Origin: Sedimentisphaerales bacterium
GTDB taxonomy: Bacteria > Planctomycetota > Phycisphaerae > Sedimentisphaerales > SM23-30
Length of the DNA: 64,000 nt
NCBI GenBank assembly: GCA_963663965.2
Contig: CAXXFK010000029.1
Location: 160,001-224,000 of the forward strand
Direction: 5' to 3'
Shown here: one piece after another, positions 11,641-20,788 of the stretch
Position numbering within the stretch: position 1 is the first letter of the stretch
How the letters are laid out: every line of letters begins with the position of its first letter
Position numbers and translations under genes: made by a program
The notes under the pieces: model-generated
Databases searched by the model: none
What the model was told of the DNA's origin: nothing
Seen by the model: the letters and a program-made list of their open reading frames with translations, nothing else

Positions 11641-13548
11641 TTGAGCAAGAAGAGCATTGCAATATTTGTTATTCTAAGTTTTGTGTCGGCGAATCTCAGT
11701 GCAGAAGGTTATTCCTTATTCAGTTATTTTATGGGAAATGGCGAAGATGGATTGCATCTGGCCTGGAGCGATGACGGCCTGGAGTGGCAGGTATTGAATG
11801 ACGGTCGTTCATTTTTAAAGCCGCAGGTGGGTGGCAGGTTGATGCGCGATCCCTCTATCGTGCAGGGACCAGATGGCATGTTCCATATGGTCTGGACGAC
11901 GGGTTGGTGGGATAAAGGGATCGGGCTGGCGCATTCACGGGACCTAATCCATTGGTCCGATCAGGAATTTCTGGAAGTGATGAAGGGTGAGTCTGAGGCC
12001 AGGAATTGCTGGGCGCCGGAAATCTTTTATGATGACGCGAGTAGTGAGTATGTGATTTTCTGGTCAACGACGATTCCGGGCCGGTTTCCTGAAACGGATC
12101 GGGAAGAGCGGGCCGGGAGCGGGGTTTTGAATCATCGGATGTATTTTATCACAACAAAAGATTTCAAGACATTTGGTGAGACCCGGTTATTTTATGATGA
12201 TGGATTCAGTGTGATTGATGGATTTATGATCAAGGGCAAAAGCGGATATGTCCTGTTTATCAAGGATGAGACGCGCTGGCCGGAGGCGAAGAAACACATA
12301 CGCATGGCCCGGAGTCGGAGCGCTGTTGGTCCGTGGAGTTCAGCGGGACCGCCGGTGACGGTGGATTGGGTGGAAGGGCCGACGGCGATTAAGGCGGGTG
12401 AGTTCTGGTATCTGTATTATGATGAATATACCCGTCATCATTATGGCGCGATGCGCTCCAAAGATTTGCAGCACTGGGAGACGGTAACAGATCAATTGAA
12501 AATGCCTGATGGTATCCGGCATGGAACGGCTTTTAGTGTGTCAGAAACGGTATTGGATCAGTTGCCGGGCAGTCCAGAGGATAAGGGAAATATGCCAGAT
12601 ATGAAAGGCAGTAGCCGGTTAATAGAGGAAATCCGGATACGTGATCCTTATGTTGTTGCGGATAAAAAGACCCGGACATATTTAATGTATGCCCAGATGG
12701 ATAACCGCGCCGATCGCGAGGGATCCATTAAAGGTGTTGAAGTTTATGCCAGTCAGGATTTGAAGGTATGGTATGGTCCGTGGCCGGTATGGGGGATTCC
12801 GGAGGGATTCTGGGGTGGGATCCAATCCGTCTGGGCGCCTGAGGTCCATTATTACAAAGGGAAGTATTATCTGTTTGTAACGCTGACTTCGACAGATCGG
12901 ATAGAAACCGAAGATGGGATAACTGACCTGGTGAAACGAGGGACATTTGTTTGTAAGTCGGATAGTCCAATGGGGCCCTTCCAAGCATTTGATGAAAAAC
13001 CACATACTCCCGAGGCATGGTCGGCATTGGATGGGACGCTGTGGGTTGAACAGGGTGTGCCCTATATGGTTTTTTGTCATGAATGGGTTCAGATTGAAGA
13101 TGGGACGATGGAAATTGTACGGTTAAGTGACGATTTATCCAGAGAGATCTCTGGCCCGGAGACCTTATTTATGGCGTCAACTGCCCCCTGGGTGAATCCA
13201 GTCAAACATCGATCTGTTGTGTACCAGGGACGAATGAATCAGTGCTATGTTACCGATGGGCCCTTTATCTATCGTACCAGGATCGGTCAGTTATTGATGA
13301 TCTGGTCGAGTTTTTCTTCGGGAAACTATCTGGTTGGGGTACTGGAATCTGAGAGCGGGACCATTGCCGGGCCCTGGCGGCATCAGGTGACGCCCTTATT
13401 TAAAGATCATGGAGGTCATGGAATGATTTTTGAACGGCTGGATGGTCAGTTGATGCTGGTTTTGCATCAGCCGAACAGCGGGCCCGATGAGCGGGCGCGT
13501 TTTTACGAATTGGCCGATCAAGGCGATCATCTGAGTCTTCAACCATAA
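11641..13548 (+). CDS. Secreted glycoside hydrolase with two GH43-like beta-propeller modules
   Basis: Signal peptide; module 1 MRDPSI, WAPE, VIDG, VEGP; module 2 IRDPYV, WAPEV, LDGT, TDGP, GHG. Confidence 0.85.
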   Translation: MSKKSIAIFVILSFVSANLSAEGYSLFSYFMGNGEDGLHLAWSDDGLEWQVLNDGRSFLKPQVGGRLMRDPSIVQGPDGMFHMVWTTGWWDKGIGLAHSRDLIHWSDQEFLEVMKGESEARNCWAPEIFYDDASSEYVIFWSTTIPGRFPETDREERAGSGVLNHRMYFITTKDFKTFGETRLFYDDGFSVIDGFMIKGKSGYVLFIKDETRWPEAKKHIRMARSRSAVGPWSSAGPPVTVDWVEGPTAIKAGEFWYLYYDEYTRHHYGAMRSKDLQHWETVTDQLKMPDGIRHGTAFSVSETVLDQLPGSPEDKGNMPDMKGSSRLIEEIRIRDPYVVADKKTRTYLMYAQMDNRADREGSIKGVEVYASQDLKVWYGPWPVWGIPEGFWGGIQSVWAPEVHYYKGKYYLFVTLTSTDRIETEDGITDLVKRGTFVCKSDSPMGPFQAFDEKPHTPEAWSALDGTLWVEQGVPYMVFCHEWVQIEDGTMEIVRLSDDLSREISGPETLFMASTAPWVNPVKHRSVVYQGRMNQCYVTDGPFIYRTRIGQLLMIWSSFSSGNYLVGVLESESGTIAGPWRHQVTPLFKDHGGHGMIFERLDGQLMLVLHQPNSGPDERARFYELADQGDHLSLQP

Positions 13549-13601
13549 TATTCTTATTGATGATCGGATTGAATTTATTGTTCGATTTTTTGATAAAAAA
13601 T

Positions 13602-13629
13602 TGTAACAATATAGGTGAGTGACCGTCAT
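13602..13629 (+). promoter_or_regulatory. Putative ECF sigma promoter
   Basis: TGTAAC-N16-CGTCAT, matching the AAC-N16/17-CGT ECF pattern, about 55 nt upstream of the exporter operon. Confidence 0.5.
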
Positions 13630-13682
13630 ACTTGTAAGTGTTTGCATTTTCACAGAATAAAAGGATAATTCAGGGAAATCGA

Positions 13683-15098
13683 ATGAAAGTTTTTATAAAA
13701 ATCCTGGTGATCGTTATCGTGATTGTTTTTATTGGGGGCGGGATATACAATCAGGTGGCCAAAAAGAATAAAAAAGAAGCTGCGGTGACCGTTCGGGTGG
13801 AAAAGGTTACAAAGGGGGAGTTGCTGGAAACGGTTAACGCACCGGGTGTGATAAAACCATGGCGAAATGTCGAGATCAGCGCCCGGATATCGGCGCGGCT
13901 GGCGGAATTGCCTTTTGAGGCGGGTGACCTGGTGAAAGGTCCACATGATGATAATCCCGGAGATTTGCTGGTGCGGCTGGATAGTACGGATATGCAGGCA
14001 TCGCTGCAATCGACTGAGGCCAGACGCGCGGCCCAGGAGGCCCAGATTGAGGTGGCCAGGGTGGAGATTGAAAGCCGAAAGATCAGTGTGCAGGGAATCG
14101 AATTGAGTTTGAAGCAGGCCAGAAAACAATTGGAGCGGCGTCAATTATTATTGCAGACGGGCGATATTACTGAGATTGAGGTGGAGGAATTGCAAACCCG
14201 GGTGGATGAGTTGGGAACCCAGCTGGCATCGGCGATGAACGCGGTGAAATCGTCGGAAATGAATCTTAAAGTTATGGAGGAGAATTTAAAGGCGGCCAAT
14301 GCTGAAATTGAGCGGGCGCGTGATATGTTGAGTTACGCGACGATCCGATCACCGATTGACGGTATTGTCACGCGCTTGAACGCTGAGGTGGGTGAGATTG
14401 CCATGACCGGGACAATGAACAATCCGGGAACGGTTATTCTGGAGGTGGCTGATTTATCGAAAATGCTGCTGTCAGTTCAAATAGATGAGGTGGATGTCGA
14501 CAAGGTGAAGGAAGGACAGAAGGTGACGGTGAAGATTCAGGCGTTGCCGGATGAGGATTTTAAGAGCACGATCTATAAACGGTCGCTGGTTCTGTTGCAG
14601 GACCGGATGGGGACGCGTTATTGTGAGGTGGAGGTTCTGCTGGATAATCCGGAACACCGGATATTATCGGGAATGACGGCGGATGTGGAAATCCAGGTAA
14701 AACAACATGACGATATATTAAAAATACCCAGTCAGTGCGTGCAGGGGCGTGAATGGGACAGTCTGCCGATCGATGTCCGGGACAATCCATTGATTGACAA
14801 GGAAAAATCGATTGTTCCGATCGTATTTACTTTCGAAAATGGCGAAGCCATTGCCAAGCCGGTAATCATAGGCGCCAGCGATATGAATGATACGGTGATC
14901 GAGGATGGACTGGAGGAAACCGATCAGGTAATTACTGGGCCGTATAAGGAACTGGAGGGTTTGACTCATAAGAAGAAAGTGGAAGAGGAAAAACCTGAAG
15001 GGGAGAAAGCGGGCAAGAAAGAGGGGCAATCCATTAAGGATTCTGAAAGCGAAAAATCTGAAATGACCTCGAAGGACCAGGGTACGAAAAAGGAATAA
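13683..15098 (+). CDS. Periplasmic adaptor (membrane fusion) subunit, MacA/HlyD-like
   Basis: N-terminal TM, lipoyl-like GDLVK...LVRLD, long coiled coil, IRSPIDGIV, GMTADVEI; likely start ATG 13683 (MKVFIK). Confidence 0.9.
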   Translation: MKVFIKILVIVIVIVFIGGGIYNQVAKKNKKEAAVTVRVEKVTKGELLETVNAPGVIKPWRNVEISARISARLAELPFEAGDLVKGPHDDNPGDLLVRLDSTDMQASLQSTEARRAAQEAQIEVARVEIESRKISVQGIELSLKQARKQLERRQLLLQTGDITEIEVEELQTRVDELGTQLASAMNAVKSSEMNLKVMEENLKAANAEIERARDMLSYATIRSPIDGIVTRLNAEVGEIAMTGTMNNPGTVILEVADLSKMLLSVQIDEVDVDKVKEGQKVTVKIQALPDEDFKSTIYKRSLVLLQDRMGTRYCEVEVLLDNPEHRILSGMTADVEIQVKQHDDILKIPSQCVQGREWDSLPIDVRDNPLIDKEKSIVPIVFTFENGEAIAKPVIIGASDMNDTVIEDGLEETDQVITGPYKELEGLTHKKKVEEEKPEGEKAGKKEGQSIKDSESEKSEMTSKDQGTKKE

Positions 15099-15101
15099 TC
15101 T

Positions 15102-15797
15102 ATGCTCATCGAACTGGAAAATATCCGGCGAATCTATCGGATGGGCAACGAGGAAGTCCGGGCCCTGGATGGGGTCAATTTATCAATTGGCCAGAATGAA
15201 TATGTGGCCATTATGGGAGCCTCCGGATCGGGTAAAAGTACTTTGATGAACTTACTGGGCTGTCTGGATCGCGCCAGTGAAGGGACGTATCGGCTGAATG
15301 ACAAGGATACCACCCGTATGAGCGCCGGCGCCTTAGCCCGGGTGCGCAATGAGCAGATTGGTTTTGTGTTTCAGTCCTTTGAACTGCTGCCGCGCCAGAG
15401 CGCGTTGCATAATGTTGAAATGCCGTTGATTTACGCCAAAAATGGCGGTTGGTGGTCAAGGCGCAGCAGGGCGCTGAAAGCCCTGGAACATGTCGGCCTG
15501 TCAGGACGGGCTCATCATAAGCCCAACCAGATGTCCGGTGGCGAACGGCAGCGGGTGGCGATCGCCCGGTCATTGATTTGTGAACCGAGTATCCTGCTGG
15601 CAGACGAGCCAACCGGCAATCTGGATACCAAAAATAGCGAGAGCATTCTGGAACTGTTTGACACGCTGCATCAGGAGGGCCAAACGATAATTGTCGTCAC
15701 CCATGAAGAAACAGTCGCCCGGCACGCGCAACGGATTATCACCATGTCAGATGGCAAGATTGTGCAGGATGAATCGTCAGTAGGAGGCGCGGCATGA
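15102..15797 (+). CDS. ABC transporter ATP-binding protein, MacB/LolD-like
   Basis: GASGSGKST, MSGGERQRVAIAR, LLADEPTGNLD, VTHE. Confidence 0.95.
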   Translation: MLIELENIRRIYRMGNEEVRALDGVNLSIGQNEYVAIMGASGSGKSTLMNLLGCLDRASEGTYRLNDKDTTRMSAGALARVRNEQIGFVFQSFELLPRQSALHNVEMPLIYAKNGGWWSRRSRALKALEHVGLSGRAHHKPNQMSGGERQRVAIARSLICEPSILLADEPTGNLDTKNSESILELFDTLHQEGQTIIVVTHEETVARHAQRIITMSDGKIVQDESSVGGAA

Positions 15798-17050
15798 GAT
15801 TTATACTGAACAGTTTTTTCCGTTTCTGGGTCCTGTTGTTTCAGAGTATTTTTCTGGCGGTCAGTCAGATTAATGCCAATAAGGTCAGATCGGCGTTGAC
15901 CACGATTGGTATTGTCATTGGTGTCGCATCGGTGACGGCGGTGATCGCGGCTCTATCAGGTCTTAAGGCCAAAGTGTTGGATCAATTTGAATCATTAGGC
16001 GCCAATCGTGTCTGGTGCTGGCCGGAGCGGCCAGAAACCGGACCGATGAAGAATTACTCCTGGAATCGTGTTCAATTTAAACCAGAGCAATTTGAGGGTG
16101 TTTTGGACCGCTGTCCATCATTACAGGCATTTACCTTCGATACCTGGGGACGTTATTCGATTTATTTTGGGAACGAACAGGTGGACGACGTTGCCGTGCA
16201 TGGCATTAATCCTTCATGGCACGAAATTGTCGGACGCGATGTATTGGAGGGGCGCCGTTTCACGGTCATTGACGAGGAAGAGCAGTGGCCGGTTTGTTAT
16301 ATTACACCGGATTTAAAGAAAAAATTGCAGTTAGATCGTGATTGTATTGGCCAGGCAATTGAAATTGATAATCGATCTTTCAGAATTATCGGGGTAGTAG
16401 AAGAGGAAGATTCCCATTTTGACATGGGCAGTTCCACGTTGGAAGTTTGTATACCCTTTAGCACAGCCTGGAAACTGTGGCGGCCCGGAATGAATGCCCA
16501 GTTCAAAACGCGTAACGCCGAATTGACTGAAGAGGCCATTGCTGAACTACGCTTTTTCCTGAGGAATACCCGTCGCGTTAACGCGGGTGATCCGGATAAC
16601 TTTCAGATCCGCGCATTAAATCAGGCGTTGGAAGAGTTTTATAACGTGGCGGGTATGATGACGGCTGTCGCAGGAGGCATAGTCAGTATTTCGCTACTGG
16701 TAGGGGGAATCGGTATCATGAATATTATGCTGGTATCGGTATCGGAACGTACCCGGGAGATTGGATTGCGTAAAGCGGTGGGGGCGCGGCCTTCGGCGAT
16801 TATGATGCAGTTTTTGATTGAAGCGATAGTGCTTTGTATGTTGGGAGGATTGCTGGGTTTGGGATTGGGGCGTCTGCTGTGCCTGGCGATCGCTAAAATC
16901 CCCAACGCACAACTGGAACAGGCATATATCCCCTGGTGGGCAGTGGGACTGGCGTTTGGCTTTTCGGCGTTTGTTGGGATATTCTTTGGACTGTTTCCGG
17001 CGGTCAAGGCGGCCCGGCTCGATCCGATTGAAGCATTACGACATGAATAG
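15794..17050 (+). CDS. ABC transporter permease, MacB/FtsX-like
   Basis: RSALTTIGIVIGV, VGGIGIMNIMLVSVSERTREIGLRKAVGA, PAVKAARLDPIEALRHE. Confidence 0.95.
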   Translation: MRFILNSFFRFWVLLFQSIFLAVSQINANKVRSALTTIGIVIGVASVTAVIAALSGLKAKVLDQFESLGANRVWCWPERPETGPMKNYSWNRVQFKPEQFEGVLDRCPSLQAFTFDTWGRYSIYFGNEQVDDVAVHGINPSWHEIVGRDVLEGRRFTVIDEEEQWPVCYITPDLKKKLQLDRDCIGQAIEIDNRSFRIIGVVEEEDSHFDMGSSTLEVCIPFSTAWKLWRPGMNAQFKTRNAELTEEAIAELRFFLRNTRRVNAGDPDNFQIRALNQALEEFYNVAGMMTAVAGGIVSISLLVGGIGIMNIMLVSVSERTREIGLRKAVGARPSAIMMQFLIEAIVLCMLGGLLGLGLGRLLCLAIAKIPNAQLEQAYIPWWAVGLAFGFSAFVGIFFGLFPAVKAARLDPIEALRHE

Positions 17051-17071
17051 ATAACAAATGGAAGTGGTGAT

Positions 17072-18697
17072 ATGAAATTGATAAACGGGATACTCTGTGG
17101 ATTCATTATACTGGGACTGGCCGGGTGCAGTTGGCTGCCAGATCGAACTGGAGAAGAAATCGCATCGCGCTACCCCCAGGTCCGGGAGATCAAAACAGTG
17201 GCCTTGACGGAGGCGGCGCCGGAACCCCTGGCTGAGCCGAATCGGATCCGGATTGAGCCCGGTAAAAAGGTTTCCCTGTCCATCGAGCAAAGCCGGGCGC
17301 TGGCGTTACAGAATAACTTACAATTGCGCGTCCAGGTATTTAATCCACGAATCGCGCGTGAGTCGATCAACGAGGCGGATTCCGCGTTTGAACCGTTGTT
17401 TCTTTCCCAGTTTAACTATATTACCACCGATACCCCGGTGTCGCTGACTTTGGATGCGTCGCAGAGCACGGTAAGCTATACAAATAACAGTCTGGTGATT
17501 CCCTTGCGGACAGGCGGTCGAATCAGTATGAACATGCCCTGGCAGCGCAATAAAACGGACAACCTTTTTGCGACCTTGAATCCATCTTATAGCAGCGATT
17601 TCAGTCTGTCCTTAAGTCAGGAACTGTTACGAGGCGCCGGTTTGTCGGTTAATGAATACGCCATCCGGGTGCGTCAACTGGAGTCCGAACAGGTGATGGC
17701 CCGAACGCAAGCGGAGGCGGCGCGTGTGCTGGCGGCGGTGGACCGGGCCTATTGGCGTTTGTATGCGGCACACCGGGCTTTGGAGGTGCGTCGGATGGAG
17801 TATGATCTGGCCGCGGCCCAGTTGGAACGGGCCCAGCGCATGGTCAATTTGAACGAAGCACGAGAGATAGAGGTGGTTCGAGCGGAGGCCGCCGCCGCCC
17901 AGCGGCTGGAAGGGATTATAGTCGCGGACAACGAGTTACGTGACCGGGAACGGGAATTGAAGGTTGTGCTCAACGCAGAGGGCCTGGAAATGGAATCGGC
18001 AACGGTATTATTGCCTGAGACGCAACCCGGTTCGGCGCATTATGTGGTTGATCGTGAACGCATGCTGGAGGAAGCTTTGGGATGCCGGATGGATTTGATT
18101 GAGCTGGAATTGCAGTTAACCGCCAGTGAATCCAGTTTGAAATATTCCCGTAATGGATTGTTGCCTTTGTTGACACTGGATTATACCTACAATATCAATG
18201 GTCTGGGACCGACCAGTGACGACGCAGTGGATTTGATGTTGGAAAACCGATTTGTCGATCATCGCATTGGATTGGTATTGCAGGTGCCGCTGGGCAATGA
18301 AGCGGCCCGCAGCCGATACCGTCAGGCCCAGTTGAAAAAACGACAGCTTTTAGCCAATCGCGAACTGGTTAAAAATCAGGTCAAACGGGAAGTGCTGGCG
18401 GCCGCGGACCAGTTGGAATCGAACTGGCAACGGGTAATGGCCAACCGGACCAATAGCGAATTAGCCAAACGGAATCTGGAAGCGGAACAGCGTCAGTTTG
18501 AACTGGGAATGCAATATTCGACCGAAGTGTTAAATGCCCAGACGCGGTACGCCGATGCGTTGTTATCCGAGATCACCGCGCTGGCAGAGTACCAAATCGC
18601 CCAGGTCGATTTGTGTTACGCGGTTGGCGGTCTTAATCAAACCGCCCGTGTTGTCTGGGATAATAAGAACGACCGTTTCGCTTATGACAACGAATAA
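17072..18697 (+). CDS. TolC-family outer membrane efflux lipoprotein
   Basis: Lipobox LAGC; ALQNNLQL, two OEP-like helical repeats, RQFELG..STEVLNAQ. Confidence 0.88.
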   Translation: MKLINGILCGFIILGLAGCSWLPDRTGEEIASRYPQVREIKTVALTEAAPEPLAEPNRIRIEPGKKVSLSIEQSRALALQNNLQLRVQVFNPRIARESINEADSAFEPLFLSQFNYITTDTPVSLTLDASQSTVSYTNNSLVIPLRTGGRISMNMPWQRNKTDNLFATLNPSYSSDFSLSLSQELLRGAGLSVNEYAIRVRQLESEQVMARTQAEAARVLAAVDRAYWRLYAAHRALEVRRMEYDLAAAQLERAQRMVNLNEAREIEVVRAEAAAAQRLEGIIVADNELRDRERELKVVLNAEGLEMESATVLLPETQPGSAHYVVDRERMLEEALGCRMDLIELELQLTASESSLKYSRNGLLPLLTLDYTYNINGLGPTSDDAVDLMLENRFVDHRIGLVLQVPLGNEAARSRYRQAQLKKRQLLANRELVKNQVKREVLAAADQLESNWQRVMANRTNSELAKRNLEAEQRQFELGMQYSTEVLNAQTRYADALLSEITALAEYQIAQVDLCYAVGGLNQTARVVWDNKNDRFAYDNE

Positions 18698-18773
18698 CAG
18701 GAACCACTTGCTTGCCGATAAACAAAAGTGAAATACAATTACTTGTTATTTTAGCCGAGTCAATCCGATGCCA

Positions 18774-19295
18774 TTATAACAATCCATCACTAAATCCGGA
18801 ACCGGCTTTATCCGTTGACCGGCTGGATGGACTTTGGATCTGGGTATAATTCAAGGGGATATCATAAGCATCGTGGCCATAGTCTTCCAGATCATCCATT
18901 TCCAAAGGTTTATACCCCGGCAATTTTGATTTTTCCAGTTCTTCATCATAGGCTCTTTGAATCGCGTTCTGAATCATATGCCGGCAATCATGATTGATGG
19001 GATGGGCGATATCCGCATGATATTTGGGATGCCGGTTTCTTTTTTCAGCACGCCGATCATCGAGCCTCTCACCACAATCATTGCAGTAATGCGCCCGGAA
19101 ATGGTTTTTACCGTGGCATTTAGGGCAATGATCGGTGAGTTTTCGGGATGGCATGGCCACAAACAGACCGTTGGCGCCGTCGATAACTTTCATATCACGA
19201 ATGACAAAACAGTCGTCGAGTGTGATAGAACAAAAGGCTTTGAGCCTGTCTTGAGAATCATTGACGAGCTTGATTCTGACTTCCGAAACTTTCAT
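18774..19295 (-). CDS. spoVG: SpoVG family nucleic-acid-binding protein with zinc-ribbon insertion
   Basis: MKVSEVRI...[34 protein letters not shown], insert CPKC..CNDC, then ADIAHPI; ATG 19295 follows GGAGG. Confidence 0.9.
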   Translation of the reverse strand: MKVSEVRIKLVNDSQDRLKAFCSITLDDCFVIRDMKVIDGANGLFVAMPSRKLTDHCPKCHGKNHFRAHYCNDCGERLDDRRAEKRNRHPKYHADIAHPINHDCRHMIQNAIQRAYDEELEKSKLPGYKPLEMDDLEDYGHDAYDIPLNYTQIQSPSSRSTDKAGSGFSDGLL

Positions 19296-20250
19296 GGTGT
19301 ACCTCCAGAGAAAGATGGGAACGGTCCAGGAAATGGACAACACGCGCTTGCGCGCAATCTTTATCGGATATAATCTTTTGCCAATGCAATAGTTGTTCGG
19401 CGCTTTCACCCGGGATAAATAAGCTCGAACCGCTACCGGACATGAAAACCGGCCCGATCTTCAGGTCCTGTAATAAATCTCGCAATTGCCTTAATTCTTC
19501 GCTTAATAACATCGTTACTTCCGTCAAGTTATTGATGCCCATGCGAATCAGTCCTTCCAGATCGCCCCGTTTAAGGAAATATTCAACCTGGCAAATCGCC
19601 TCATAGGATGATTCCTGATGATAGCGATAGTGTCGATATACCAAAGGTGTCGCAATATGAATAGAAGGGCTAATCAATAAAAGGGGGATCCGGCAACGGC
19701 AGGGAAGCGGAAGAATCTTTTCGCCACGTCCCGTGCATTGAGCGAACGGTCCATAGAAGAAAAAAGGGATATCCGATCCAAGTTGAGCGGCCAGACTGGA
19801 TAGTTCCTGAAGGGATAATCCCGTTTGCCAGAGCAGGTTCAAACCATATAAACAGGCGGCTGTATCGCTGCTGGCGCCACCGAGTCCGGCTCCGGCAGGA
19901 ATGCGTTTATGAAGCGTAATGTCTATGGCAGGTTCAATGTTACAGTAACTTGCCAGGCGTTGAGCAGCCTGATAAACCAGATTTTCAGGTCCGGAAGGCG
20001 TGGGCAGGCCAGAGCATTTTAAGTTGATACCCGGAGACGTTCCTGTTTCAATGGTCATATCATCGAATAAATCGATTAATCCCATTACCGTATGCAGTTC
20101 ATGGAATTGGTCCGGGCGTCGATGAAATATAACCAGAGATAAATTGATTTTCGCGGGGGGGTACAACTCGATTCGATTAATCCGACATTGACCCGAGCGA
20201 CAACGCTCTTGGTTATGTTTAAGTTGTCTGGTGGATGAAATTATATCCAT
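19258..20250 (-). CDS. ispE: 4-diphosphocytidyl-2-C-methyl-D-erythritol kinase
   Basis: [41 protein letters not shown]. Confidence 0.95.
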   Translation of the reverse strand: MDIISSTRQLKHNQERCRSGQCRINRIELYPPAKINLSLVIFHRRPDQFHELHTVMGLIDLFDDMTIETGTSPGINLKCSGLPTPSGPENLVYQAAQRLASYCNIEPAIDITLHKRIPAGAGLGGASSDTAACLYGLNLLWQTGLSLQELSSLAAQLGSDIPFFFYGPFAQCTGRGEKILPLPCRCRIPLLLISPSIHIATPLVYRHYRYHQESSYEAICQVEYFLKRGDLEGLIRMGINNLTEVTMLLSEELRQLRDLLQDLKIGPVFMSGSGSSLFIPGESAEQLLHWQKIISDKDCAQARVVHFLDRSHLSLEVHHESFGSQNQARQ

Positions 20251-20788
20251 AAAGTATTTAACTATTGAATATTACATACATTACGACGGCCAGATTCTTA
20301 TCCGGCTTGAATAAATCAAATCCCGTCTACACAAAAAATGAAGTTCAGATAATATCATTGTAGGCCCAAATTTAACTAAGTCAAGGTATAAAACCGGTGG
20401 AAAATAAGCAAAATTGTAAAGTTGAGGGAGTTCAAAGGCGGAAGCAAAAATGCCATTTTATTCAGAGGAGGTAAAATATCGCTAATAAGGATTTTGGAAA
20501 TTATAGAGGCGTACTTTACATAGACAAGAGATTGAGATATATTTTTATAGATAACTATCAATCTTTTCAAACGAGTAAAATCATGTAACCGATTTAAAGT
20601 GAAATAGTTAACGTTAGTTTGGTGATTGATGGCTATTTAGCCATTTAAGTTAAGCCTGAATCAGAAGATATTTTGCGCATAGCAATTGAAACAGCTTCTT
20701 GGACAATCATAAGACAATAATGCCATTAATTATTATTTGCGAATGAGGCAATCGAGATGAAAACAAGCGTCAAGCAGAACTAAACGAT

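Noticed and set aside
18700..18775. Possible fifth, degenerate minus-strand copy of the repeat between tolC and spoVG
   Set aside because: Similar stem layout (ACTCGGC...GGCAAGCAAGT) but the 39-nt left block and TATAC/GTATA ends do not align; needs a covariance-model score.
20251..20788. ncRNA or small gene in the long AT-rich ispE/transglutaminase gap
   Set aside because: No stable structure or credible ORF; consistent with a divergent promoter region.
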